Shown: positions 1 through 7,913 of the stretch, piece after piece
Layout: the number at the start of each line of letters is the position of its first letter
How positions within the stretch are numbered: position 1 is the first letter of the stretch
IMG/VR virus record: IMGVR_UViG_3300025012_000045
Coordinates: 1 to 64,000 of that record
Length of the DNA: 64,000 nucleotides
DNA from: a virus
Strand: one strand, 5' to 3'
Position numbers and translations under genes: made by a program
Notes under the pieces: model-generated
Told to the model about the DNA's origin: nothing
The model's input: only the letters and a program-made list of their open reading frames with translations
Databases searched by the model: none

Positions 1-252
1 AAAGCGGAAGATGCTGGTACTTATTGTATAGCAGTAAATCCAAAAGGCACAACAATAAAATGCAGTAATTGTGGTACTCTCGAACCTAAAACCCTCTATG
101 AACGCTCTCATAAGTGTACTACTTGTGGGTTTGAAACTACGAGAGACCATAATGCTGCTATTAATATTCATAAGTTGGGTATCAACTTGGTTGGTAATCA
201 TAATCATTTATGCTTATTTTCCGAATCTTCTTTGCCCCTTGGCAAGAAGTAG
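1..252 (+). CDS. tnpB: TnpB (IS200/IS605-family RNA-guided nuclease), C-terminal part, truncated by the window edge
   Basis: Frame 1 (not in the ORF track) reads KAEDAG..VNPKGTTIKCSNCG...HKCTTCGFETTRDHNAAINI...*: zinc ribbon plus RuvC-III motif. Confidence 0.9.
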   Translation, partial: KAEDAGTYCIAVNPKGTTIKCSNCGTLEPKTLYERSHKCTTCGFETTRDHNAAINIHKLGINLVGNHNHLCLFSESSLPLGKK

Positions 253-257
253 TTCAC
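223..257 (+). mobile_element. IS200/IS605 right end (subterminal hairpin, probable omegaRNA 3' end)
   Basis: GAAT-CTTCTTTGCC-CCTT-GGCAAGAAG-TAGTTCAC: hairpin followed by TTCAC at the end of tnpB. Confidence 0.75.
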
Positions 258-280
258 GTCCATTATGTCTACCGTTTCCA

Positions 281-607
281 TCACTCTGGTATAATTTTTT
301 TTATATTATTAAATTTCCATTCTGTAGAAGTATATCTATCATTATGCGCAAATTCAATATTATTAATTTTATATTTTCTTAATATATGACCAATAAATTC
401 TAAAAACCATTTATCTAAAGTAACCCATTCATAATCAAGTCCAAACCTATCTGCAAATTTTCTTTTTATACCTTTCTGTGAATCAATATAATACCCCCTG
501 CAAATTTTATCATCTTCAAATAACGAGAATTTTCCTCCAATAATATCAAATCCTTTTGAATCTACATAACTTTTGATTTCCTCTTTACATTTTTTTGGTA
601 ATCTCAT
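281..607 (-). CDS. hypothetical protein
   Basis: 108-aa ORF overlapping the upstream gene by 4 nt. Confidence 0.7.
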   Translation of the reverse strand: MRLPKKCKEEIKSYVDSKGFDIIGGKFSLFEDDKICRGYYIDSQKGIKRKFADRFGLDYEWVTLDKWFLEFIGHILRKYKINNIEFAHNDRYTSTEWKFNNIKKIIPE

Positions 608-1170
608 AATAATTTTTCAATTTTTTCAATAGTTTCTTTTAATAATTTATTATTAAATCCATTTTTAAATTCGGTTTTTATACAATGTTTTTTATCAATG
701 TATTGAATAATATCATAATTAATATCATCATCAATAACCATGTAAATTGAATTTTCTTTATCATTATCTTTTAACCATTGTAAAATTTCCTTCCCCCTGG
801 GGCTGTCATGTAATCTAACTCTGTCTGTTTTTCCAATAATATTTGTTAAATATAGACCTTTGATATTGAATAAATCTTTTAATTCTTCAATTGTTCTTCC
901 TATTCTCCACGTACTTGAAATAACATAATTAACAATATATCCCTGTTCGTGGAAATATAATTGTAATTTATGGATGTTTGAAATACAATTTCTATCAAAG
1001 GGCCAATATTTCATAGACGTATTAATGAACGGTAAATTTTTTCTCTTTAATATTTCATTGAACTTGGTGGTTGGTTTTTCACCCATGTATTCTTTCCATA
1101 AATCATAAATGGAATTATTTGTTGCAATAACCCCATCAATATCCAAAAATATTATAATTTCTTTTTTCAT
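604..1170 (-). CDS. HAD-superfamily phosphatase (Swiss Army Knife RNA-repair-like HAD)
   Basis: IFLDIDGV (DxD), ISSTWR, RGKEILQWL, VIDDD motifs. Confidence 0.85.
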   Translation of the reverse strand: MKKEIIIFLDIDGVIATNNSIYDLWKEYMGEKPTTKFNEILKRKNLPFINTSMKYWPFDRNCISNIHKLQLYFHEQGYIVNYVISSTWRIGRTIEELKDLFNIKGLYLTNIIGKTDRVRLHDSPRGKEILQWLKDNDKENSIYMVIDDDINYDIIQYIDKKHCIKTEFKNGFNNKLLKETIEKIEKLL

Positions 1171-1448
1171 TTTTTGTATAAATCGTGAGTATCTATATCC
1201 GTATAAGTTTTAACTAATTTTCTGACATCTTGACCAACCTTTTCAACCATGTTTATTCTATCTTGAATATCCATTTTTTCATCGGATTGCAATTCCCAGA
1301 TTTTATCCATTAAAACGGACATAAATATTTTAATTCCTGCTCTAAATCCATCTATTGTATATTCTGGTTTTATTCTTGAATTTAGTTCAAATTCCCAAAG
1401 AGTGTCCTCTATTTCAGATAAAATCGGACTTAATTTTTTTCCTATCAT
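1167..1448 (-). CDS. hypothetical protein
   Basis: First ORF after an early promoter; overlaps the next gene by 4 nt. Confidence 0.7.
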   Translation of the reverse strand: MIGKKLSPILSEIEDTLWEFELNSRIKPEYTIDGFRAGIKIFMSVLMDKIWELQSDEKMDIQDRINMVEKVGQDVRKLVKTYTDIDTHDLYKK

Positions 1449-1470
1449 GCTATTTTTTATTTATTAATAA

Positions 1471-1505
1471 TACAAAGGTAAGTAAAATAATTGAAATAAA
1501 CAAAT
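1471..1505 (-). promoter_or_regulatory. Bacteroidota-type early promoter (TTTG...TACCTTTG)
   Basis: Minus strand reads ttattttactTACCTTTGta; near-identical copies at about 42431, 44204, 44758 and 63969. Confidence 0.75.
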
Positions 1506-1534
1506 ATTTTATCAATTTTTTTAATATAAGTAAA

Positions 1535-1542
1535 TATTTATA
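1535..1542 (+). promoter_or_regulatory. putative late promoter TATTTATA (representative copy)
   Basis: Motif recurs on the sense strand shortly upstream of many structural genes. Confidence 0.65.
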
Positions 1543-1549
1543 TAAAAAT

Positions 1550-2107
1550 ATGAAAATAGTAATCACAGAAAGTCAATTAAAACGAGTTATTGAAAATATT
1601 ATAAATGAAGTTTATGATGATATTAATGAACCAGCAAAATTGAAAAATGTTAATATAGAAAAAAGTGATGAAAAACAATTAATTATTAAATTTTCAACAA
1701 TATCTGGAAATAATTATGCTATTGAAGCATATGTTGATAATTTTGATAGTAAAGTGGGGGAAACAACAATAAAAACAATACAACAATATAATGAAAATAA
1801 ACCAGTATATTTTATAAGATTTGGAACTTATGAAAATAATAAAATAGATGTAAAACCATTAACACAGAATAAAGAATCATTAACTATTTTAAGAACAGTT
1901 TTTCATTATTTAAATGAATACATTAATAAATATGATGTAAGAGTTATATATTTTACGGCAGATTCGGATAGTAGAATAGTTGCATATAAAAGATTTATAG
2001 ATAAATTTGGTAAAGATTTTCTATTATTTAGTGAAAAAGATAGATTAGTTGGCAATATTGGTTTTGTTATTAAAAAGGAAGATTATGAAAAAGCAATACA
2101 AAAATAA
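1550..2107 (+). CDS. putative head-packaged protein, module gene A copy 1 (possibly GNAT-like)
   Basis: Probable start ATG 1550 (MKIVITESQLKRVIE); paralog of 30057-30629 and 32508-33071. Confidence 0.75.
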   Translation: MKIVITESQLKRVIENIINEVYDDINEPAKLKNVNIEKSDEKQLIIKFSTISGNNYAIEAYVDNFDSKVGETTIKTIQQYNENKPVYFIRFGTYENNKIDVKPLTQNKESLTILRTVFHYLNEYINKYDVRVIYFTADSDSRIVAYKRFIDKFGKDFLLFSEKDRLVGNIGFVIKKEDYEKAIQK

Positions 2108-2363
2108 ATTATTAAAACTTAAAAATAATCATAAATTAACTTATAATGAATGTTATATAGTTTTAAAAGATATTTTATTTAAAGAATTAAATATAAAGAA
2201 TATAATAAAAGGTGATTTTCTTAATATTTATGAATTATATTATCAAATTGAAAAAATATTAAATATTCATATATGGGACGATGTGGCAGAAGAAATAAAA
2301 ACAGTTAATGATTTAAGTTTAATCGTTTTTAATGAATTATTAAATAAGAAGATAATAAAATAA
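2085..2363 (+). CDS. acyl carrier protein-like protein lacking the Ppant serine, module gene B copy 1
   Basis: GDFLNIYEL..IEKILNIHIWDDVAEEIKTVNDL aligns with ACP DSLDxVEL..[20 protein letters not shown]; probable start ATG 2085. Confidence 0.65.
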   Translation: MKKQYKNKLLKLKNNHKLTYNECYIVLKDILFKELNIKNIIKGDFLNIYELYYQIEKILNIHIWDDVAEEIKTVNDLSLIVFNELLNKKIIK

Positions 2364-2364
2364 T

Positions 2365-2925
2365 ATGAATATATTAATAACAGAATCCCAGTTTAAAAGA
2401 TTAATTGAAAATATTATTGATGAAAATATTAATCCAAAATATTTAACAGTTGATTATTTTAAAGAGAGAATTCCTTTTTTAAAAGAATACAAAATTATAC
2501 ATAGTCCAGATATTAATCCTCATCAAACCATAAAAGATAGAATTGAAATGAGACTGGAATCATATAATAAAAATATTGATTCATATGTTGGTGATACCAT
2601 TTATACTTTTCCCCAGTTTAATATAATATCAGAATTTATGTATTATTCTTATAAAATTCGTGATAACATTTTTTATATATTTTTGATAAAAAATAGATTT
2701 TATATTATTAAACCAAAAAATATGGATGATTTATTATATCGAGTATTTTTAGAGGGAGGTAAAATGAAAGAAAAAGAATTTTCAAAAACACATGAAATTA
2801 TTTTAAAGGGGGGAGAAAAAATACCAGAACAAAAATTAAATGAAATAGTTAATGATATTAATAGTAGATTATTCAAAATAGAAGAGTTTAGCAATAAATT
2901 AGGCATACCTTTATTTAATTTTTAG
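2365..2925 (+). CDS. hypothetical protein with ITESQ leader
   Basis: MNILITESQFKRLIENIIDE N-terminus. Confidence 0.75.
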   Translation: MNILITESQFKRLIENIIDENINPKYLTVDYFKERIPFLKEYKIIHSPDINPHQTIKDRIEMRLESYNKNIDSYVGDTIYTFPQFNIISEFMYYSYKIRDNIFYIFLIKNRFYIIKPKNMDDLLYRVFLEGGKMKEKEFSKTHEIILKGGEKIPEQKLNEIVNDINSRLFKIEEFSNKLGIPLFNF

Positions 2926-2950
2926 ATATTTATTAATAAAAATATAATCA

Positions 2951-4387
2951 ATGGGAATTTATAAAACATTTTTTAGTGCTTCAACAGCAATTCAAAGAAA
3001 TAAACTAACTAATATTAGTTTGAATCCAGTTTATGAACTATATTATGGTGGGGGGTCAGTTACAGCATCAACTAAATATACCAGATTTATATTTAGATTT
3101 GATACGTCAAAAATAAGAAAAAAGTATTCTGATAAAGAAATAATGAGTGGAAATGTTATTTCTCATAAAATAAAGATGACGAATAGTTCTTCATTTGATG
3201 AAAGATTATTAGGAAACGAATTAGTAAAAGGTAGAACAAGAGCAAATGACATACCATTAATTTTATGGCAAGTTCCAACAGGAGAAACGTGGAATTCTGG
3301 GATTGGCTGGGAATATGATTTTGCAAATAAAAATGCAGATTTTGGACTTACGCAAAAAATAACAGAAGATTCACCTAATTGGTTTGATAGAAATAAAACA
3401 ACTAAATGGTTACAATCTGGAATTTATTCTGGAAATACACCTACAGATTTAATTGGTTCACAACACTTTTCATTAGGAAATGAAAATTTGGAAATTGATT
3501 GTACAGAAATTGTTGAAAAATGGATAAGCGGGGGGACAGCAAATAATGGCCTGGGACTATCCTTGTCAGGAAATTTTGAAACTCTCACCTCAACTACAAT
3601 TAATACAATTGGTTTTTTTAGCCGTCATACAAATACAATTTATGAACCTTATTTGGAAACAATATGGAGTGGAGATACAATAAATGATAATAGAAACAGG
3701 TTTTTTATTGATAAAACTAATAGATTATTTTTATATACAAATAAAGGAAAAGACCCCACTAATTTAGATTCAATTCCTTCACAAGTAACTATAAGAGATT
3801 ACGATGATAATATTTTCAGTGCAATAACTGGCACAAATGTTAATCAATTAACTAAAGGAGTTTATTATGTTGATGTATTAGTACCCAATTCTGCCAATAC
3901 AATGAATAATTATACATTAACTCAATGGCTAGATGTATGGAGTGGAATTACAATTGACAAAATTTCCCTTCCAGCCATAGAAATGAATTTTATTTTAAAA
4001 GATAATAAAGAATATTATAATTTTGGAAATAATAGTGAAGAACCAGATAAATTTGGTTTTTCTTTCTATGGAATTCTTCGTGGAGAACGAATTCTTAGGG
4101 GTGATATTAAAAAATTATTTGTTATTGCCAAAAAAGAATTTAATCCAGAAGATGAGGTTGTAATTGGCGGTTTACAATACCGTTTGTATATAAAACAGGG
4201 CCGGGAACAAATTGATATAATTTCATGGACCGATGTTCATAGAACATTCAATAATAATTATTTAACCATTGACACATCGTTTTTATTGGAACATGAATAT
4301 TTTATTCAATTAAAATTAAAAAGTAATAATACTGAAGTAACGATTAATGAGAATTTAAATTTTTTTGTTGTTGAAAATTTAAATTAA
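2951..4387 (+). CDS. putative virion structural protein (beta-rich)
   Basis: 478 aa, Ser/Thr/Gly/Asn-rich, late-type motif upstream. Confidence 0.55.
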   Translation: MGIYKTFFSASTAIQRNKLTNISLNPVYELYYGGGSVTASTKYTRFIFRFDTSKIRKKYSDKEIMSGNVISHKIKMTNSSSFDERLLGNELVKGRTRANDIPLILWQVPTGETWNSGIGWEYDFANKNADFGLTQKITEDSPNWFDRNKTTKWLQSGIYSGNTPTDLIGSQHFSLGNENLEIDCTEIVEKWISGGTANNGLGLSLSGNFETLTSTTINTIGFFSRHTNTIYEPYLETIWSGDTINDNRNRFFIDKTNRLFLYTNKGKDPTNLDSIPSQVTIRDYDDNIFSAITGTNVNQLTKGVYYVDVLVPNSANTMNNYTLTQWLDVWSGITIDKISLPAIEMNFILKDNKEYYNFGNNSEEPDKFGFSFYGILRGERILRGDIKKLFVIAKKEFNPEDEVVIGGLQYRLYIKQGREQIDIISWTDVHRTFNNNYLTIDTSFLLEHEYFIQLKLKSNNTEVTINENLNFFVVENLN

Positions 4388-4421
4388 GTTTTTTATCAAA
4401 AAATAGATATTTATAAATAAT

Positions 4422-4805
4422 ATGACTAGTAAATATTTATTTTATCCTTTTACAGGACAATATGAAAATGATAATAGTTTTAATGTTGCATTAATTAATT
4501 GTTGTGTTTATAAACAAATAGAAGTTCCATTATTAATCAATGTTGATAAAAATAAAGAAGAATATTTAAAAAAATTAAATCTTAAAAATGGGAATAACCT
4601 AAATAAGTTATTTCAATATGGGGGAATTGTTATAATAAATCATCCTTTATTAAATATTAATCATTCTTTTTTAATGATAAAAGATGAAGATAATACTTAT
4701 GTTTTGATTAATTCATTTATGGGCCCAAGGATATTATCTGGAATATCAAAAGAAAGAATAGAAAATACTTTTAATATCGTTGATGGATATTATTTTTCAA
4801 AGTGA
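4422..4805 (+). CDS. hypothetical protein
   Basis: ORF preceded by TATTTATA at 4408. Confidence 0.65.
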   Translation: MTSKYLFYPFTGQYENDNSFNVALINCCVYKQIEVPLLINVDKNKEEYLKKLNLKNGNNLNKLFQYGGIVIINHPLLNINHSFLMIKDEDNTYVLINSFMGPRILSGISKERIENTFNIVDGYYFSK

Positions 4806-4806
4806 A

Positions 4807-4863
4807 TGCTATTGACTTTTTAAAATATTATGTTTATCTTTGTATTATATATTAAAAAAATAA
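4807..4863 (+). promoter_or_regulatory. 57-bp early promoter, duplicated at 45276-45332
   Basis: tgctaTTGActtttt(a/c)aaatattatgttTATCTTTGtattatatattaaaaaaataa; one mismatch between copies. Confidence 0.8.
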
Positions 4864-5126
4864 CGTTTTAAGGGTTTATGAAGTTGGGGTTTAAAAATTC
4901 AAATGATATTAATGAAAACATAATGTAAAAAAATATTTTCCTGGACGGATTTGAACCGACATCTTCCTCTCAGTCTCGTAGTATCTTTTAAAAAGGATAT
5001 TATTAAAATTAAACAAAGAGGTGTTTTATCCGGTTAAACTACAGGAAAATATTTTTTTATTTCACAAAGATAACTGTTTAAAATGAAATTGTCAACCCCA
5101 ATTTCATAAACCCTTTGTTATCACAC
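4861..5126. repeat. attC-like imperfect inverted repeat
   Basis: TAAC-GTTTT-AAGGGTTTATGAAGTTGGGGTT ... AACCCCAATTTCATAAACCCTT-T-GTTATCACAC; homolog at 49313-49446. Confidence 0.7.
4936..5048 (-). ncRNA. tRNA-like RNA with a 46-nt expanded anticodon loop and no encoded CCA
   Basis: TTTCCTG TA GTTT AACCGGATA AAAC A CCTCT [46 nt] AGAGG AAGAT GTCGG TTCAAAT CCGTC CAGGAAA A; own TATCTTTG promoter at 5065-5072. Confidence 0.7.
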
Positions 5127-5159
5127 GTTTTAAAATCTTTTTTGTCAATCGGGATGATA

Positions 5160-5429
5160 TTATTTACAGAAATTCAATATCAATTCTTTTAGTTCAATGA
5201 AAAATTTGTATATTTCATATCTGTTAACAATAATCGCAATAATAATCGCAATAATCGCAAATAACTGTGTTGGTTTTTGTTTATGTAGTTTTGTTATTGG
5301 ATTAAATATAGTTGATTTTTTTAGTAGTTCAGATTCAGACGAATAGTCGGGGTTAACTGGTTTAATATTATTTCTGAATTTATTCCTTATACTTTCCAGA
5401 AATTTGTAATAAATGTCAAGTTGATTCAT
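5160..5429 (-). CDS. small membrane protein (island A cargo)
   Basis: One hydrophobic segment LFAIIAIIIAIIV; flanked by 17-bp direct repeats. Confidence 0.55.
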   Translation of the reverse strand: MNQLDIYYKFLESIRNKFRNNIKPVNPDYSSESELLKKSTIFNPITKLHKQKPTQLFAIIAIIIAIIVNRYEIYKFFIELKELILNFCK

Positions 5430-5671
5430 TTTTGTCAGTCGGGATATTTATAAGTATATGAAAATACATTCAATATCATATTCACCAAAATTAATAAAAC
5501 TTATTAAGATTTTTTATGATTATTTTAAAAAAGAAAATAAAATATGTAACTTATCCTAACTCTGTACCTGGAAAGAAAATCATAACTTATTATCTGTTTT
5601 TTGTACCAGTTTTAAGATTAACAGTAGAACATCAAAAACCAGATAATTATGATTTTAGAATACTATTAGAT

Positions 5672-5869
5672 TCACCTAGATTTTAAGGTTTTATTTATTT
5701 CTTTGAGTTCTTTACCAATTGTCTCAAGTGTAGTCAAAATGTGTTCATTTACTCTGGAATTAAAATAATGAATATACTCATTCATTTTTTCTTCTGGTAT
5801 TAGTCCTCCAGTATCTTTTTCAAATGATTTCTTCCAAAGTTCAAAATAATTTGGTGGTTTGTAAGTCAT
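5672..5869 (-). CDS. hypothetical protein (island A cargo)
   Basis: Directly downstream of TATCTTTG promoter (5874-5881, minus). Confidence 0.65.
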   Translation of the reverse strand: MTYKPPNYFELWKKSFEKDTGGLIPEEKMNEYIHYFNSRVNEHILTTLETIGKELKEINKTLKSR

Positions 5870-6034
5870 ACCACAAAGATATAACTTTATATTCTAAAAT
5901 CAAATTTATTTAATTTGTATAATACTAAAATCTTTATCTATTAATTTTTTATTTAAATACCAAACCAAAAATACTATTGTAAGTGAAAGTGTCAATAATA
6001 TAACTGTCCCAAAATAAAGAATTGTTATCACACT

Positions 6035-6829
6035 TTATTTTTGTCCGATTAAATCCTTATCAGGATCTAGATAATTGTCCTCAAGTATTGATTTGTCAAT
6101 TTTAATAACAAATTGGTCTTTAATATTTTGAAATGGTATCCCACCAGTTTTAACTATATTTATTCTAAATTCTTTTATGTCCTCATTTTTGTCCTCTATT
6201 TCATAATATACTTTACTGTTTATGATTTTCATTCTTTCAAGTTCTAATTTTAAGGTCTTGTACCCTTGAATCCCTTGTGTGTTTCTTATTATCTCTTCTG
6301 TCCGTTTCAAATGTTTTTTTGACATTATTTTCTGTCTTTTACAACCACCGTCAAGATGAAAACTTATTTTTAATTGTTCATAAATATTATTGTAAAGATT
6401 AATAGATTCGTCTTCATCTACAAGATAACATATTATTGGTAATTTATAATAATTAAGATGATCAAGAGTCATAAAATTGAATTCAAGATAGTATGTTTGT
6501 AATTGATTTTCTAAAACTTTCTTTAATGTCTTAATAAACATAAGTCGTAATTTATTTGATGTTTTTTTAAAATATTCTACTGTTCTTTTAAAATGTGTGA
6601 TAACTTGTTTATATAAAAATAATTTGGTTTTTAATATAATTTTACATACCTTTGTAAAGTAAAAGGGGGAAATATTCCGGGGAAATGGTGAGGATTTATC
6701 CAATCCACTGACCATACGGTGATCCCCCTTTTTATTATATCTACTGTCTTTTTTAAAATGTGTGATAACTAACAATAAATGAAGTTTTTTGGTCAAAAAC
6801 ATTCCAATTTTATTTAATATATTTTTCAT
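6035..6829 (-). CDS. island A leader-fused ORF (constant N-terminus MKNILNKIGMFL..VITHFKK)
   Basis: First 27 aa nearly identical to 45390; internal VITHFK and MTLDHL shared with 45882. Confidence 0.55.
   Translation of the reverse strand: MKNILNKIGMFLTKKLHLLLVITHFKKDSRYNKKGDHRMVSGLDKSSPFPRNISPFYFTKVCKIILKTKLFLYKQVITHFKRTVEYFKKTSNKLRLMFIKTLKKVLENQLQTYYLEFNFMTLDHLNYYKLPIICYLVDEDESINLYNNIYEQLKISFHLDGGCKRQKIMSKKHLKRTEEIIRNTQGIQGYKTLKLELERMKIINSKVYYEIEDKNEDIKEFRINIVKTGGIPFQNIKDQFVIKIDKSILEDNYLDPDKDLIGQK
6660..6734 (+). ncRNA. putative ~75-nt structured small RNA
   Basis: TTTG(6623)-N20-TACCTTTG(6647) promoter, then nested stems AAAAGGGGGA/TCCCCCTTTT, CCG/CGG, ATGGT/ACCAT, GGATT/AATCC. Confidence 0.55.
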
Positions 6830-6876
6830 AATTTATTTAATCTTAAAAGTTATAAAATAGCAATAAAAATTTCATT

Positions 6877-7110
6877 TTATTGTTTTTTATTTTTTGGTTT
6901 GATAATTGTATAGAGACATTTTTTACATGATAATCCTTTTTCATCATAAAATGTTGTTTCTCTAAATTCGTGTTCACATTTGATTTGTTCAATTATACCC
7001 TTGAATGCCCAATAAATTTTTTCTTTGGAAAAATTATCAAGTTCTTTCCACCATTTATTAACTTTTTTTCTATGTTTTAAAACATCTTGTTTTGTCAATA
7101 ATCTCACCAT
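6877..7110 (-). CDS. hypothetical small Zn-binding protein
   Basis: CEHEF...CKKC; its 3' end lies within the island A terminus. Confidence 0.6.
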   Translation of the reverse strand: MVRLLTKQDVLKHRKKVNKWWKELDNFSKEKIYWAFKGIIEQIKCEHEFRETTFYDEKGLSCKKCLYTIIKPKNKKQ

Positions 7111-7149
7111 AATTATTAAATATAAGTATATAAATTATAAAAGTAAATA

Positions 7150-7407
7150 TTATTTTTTATTAAAATAATTATTAATTCTTTCTTTGGTTTTTAATCTCAT
7201 TGCTCTTAATTCTCCAACAGTAATATTATGTCTTCTGGATAACCAGTTATCATAATATTCGTTATCATCTGTAAAATAAATATCATCAAGTGGAACCCAA
7301 ATTTTTAATATATCTTTTGTAATAAACCCAGAAATTCTTCCATCAGATTCAAGAATTTCATCATTATATGTTAAATCTTTTATCTGCTGTTTAGTAAATT
7401 TAATCAA
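7150..7407 (-). CDS. hypothetical protein
   Basis: ORF in the minus-strand operon. Confidence 0.6.
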   Translation of the reverse strand: MIKFTKQQIKDLTYNDEILESDGRISGFITKDILKIWVPLDDIYFTDDNEYYDNWLSRRHNITVGELRAMRLKTKERINNYFNKK

Positions 7408-7618
7408 TATCTTCTTTATTTTTCCTAAATTTTTTTACTTTTTTATTAGAAACATCATCAACATCATTTTCATATATGTGTACGATTTTTTTACAATCTG
7501 GGCACTCTACAAATTCAGTTCCCAAATTGTCTATTTTAACATTGCATTCTTTAAATTTTTCACATTTATCACAATGCCATTCTTCTTTGTCTATAATTCT
7601 CGTTTCAATCATACTCAT
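7400..7618 (-). CDS. zinc-ribbon protein
   Basis: CDKC...CPDC. Confidence 0.65.
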   Translation of the reverse strand: MSMIETRIIDKEEWHCDKCEKFKECNVKIDNLGTEFVECPDCKKIVHIYENDVDDVSNKKVKKFRKNKEDID

Positions 7619-7913
7619 TAATTAAAGGTTTTAATAATAAAAACGTTAAATAACAAATAAAACTACCCATAAATCCATAATTTATTAACTCTCCCAAATT
7701 AATATTAATAATAGGTATAATATAAGTTATTTTATATAAAAAATAAATAATAAATCCTGAATAAATTCCAGTACATTGACTACAACTGGTTAAATATCCC
7801 AATAATTTATTTTTTCTTTTACACCATTCTCTAAACGGTTTAAATAATTTAGATTGAGTTAAAATAAATGTCAACCCAATGGTAGATAATAAAAATTTAA
7901 TTAAATCTAACAA
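7605..7913 (-). CDS. DUF1360-like membrane protein
   Basis: Hydrophobic segments, LFKPFREW and LTSCSQCTG motifs. Confidence 0.6.
   Translation of the reverse strand: MLDLIKFLLSTIGLTFILTQSKLFKPFREWCKRKNKLLGYLTSCSQCTGIYSGFIIYFLYKITYIIPIININLGELINYGFMGSFICYLTFLLLKPLINEYD

Larger units (their letters stand above)
4855..6895 (-). mobile_element. cassette island A (constant leader, GTTATCACAC sites, attC-like hairpin)
   Basis: Core sites at 5117, 6024, 6595 (rc), 6760 (rc); leader 6748-6895 near-identical to 45324-45471. Confidence 0.65.

Noticed and set aside
71-382. 103-aa ORF in the track
   Set aside because: Shadow frame overlapping the tnpB C-terminus and the opposite-strand gene
4936-5048. 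Standard functional tRNA with an assignable anticodon
   Set aside because: 46-nt loop, T-stem mismatch and no CCA; the anticodon cannot be assigned without knowing splice sites
4855-6895. GTTATCACAC repeats as a CRISPR array
   Set aside because: Irregular spacing of hundreds of bp, mixed orientation, no cas genes
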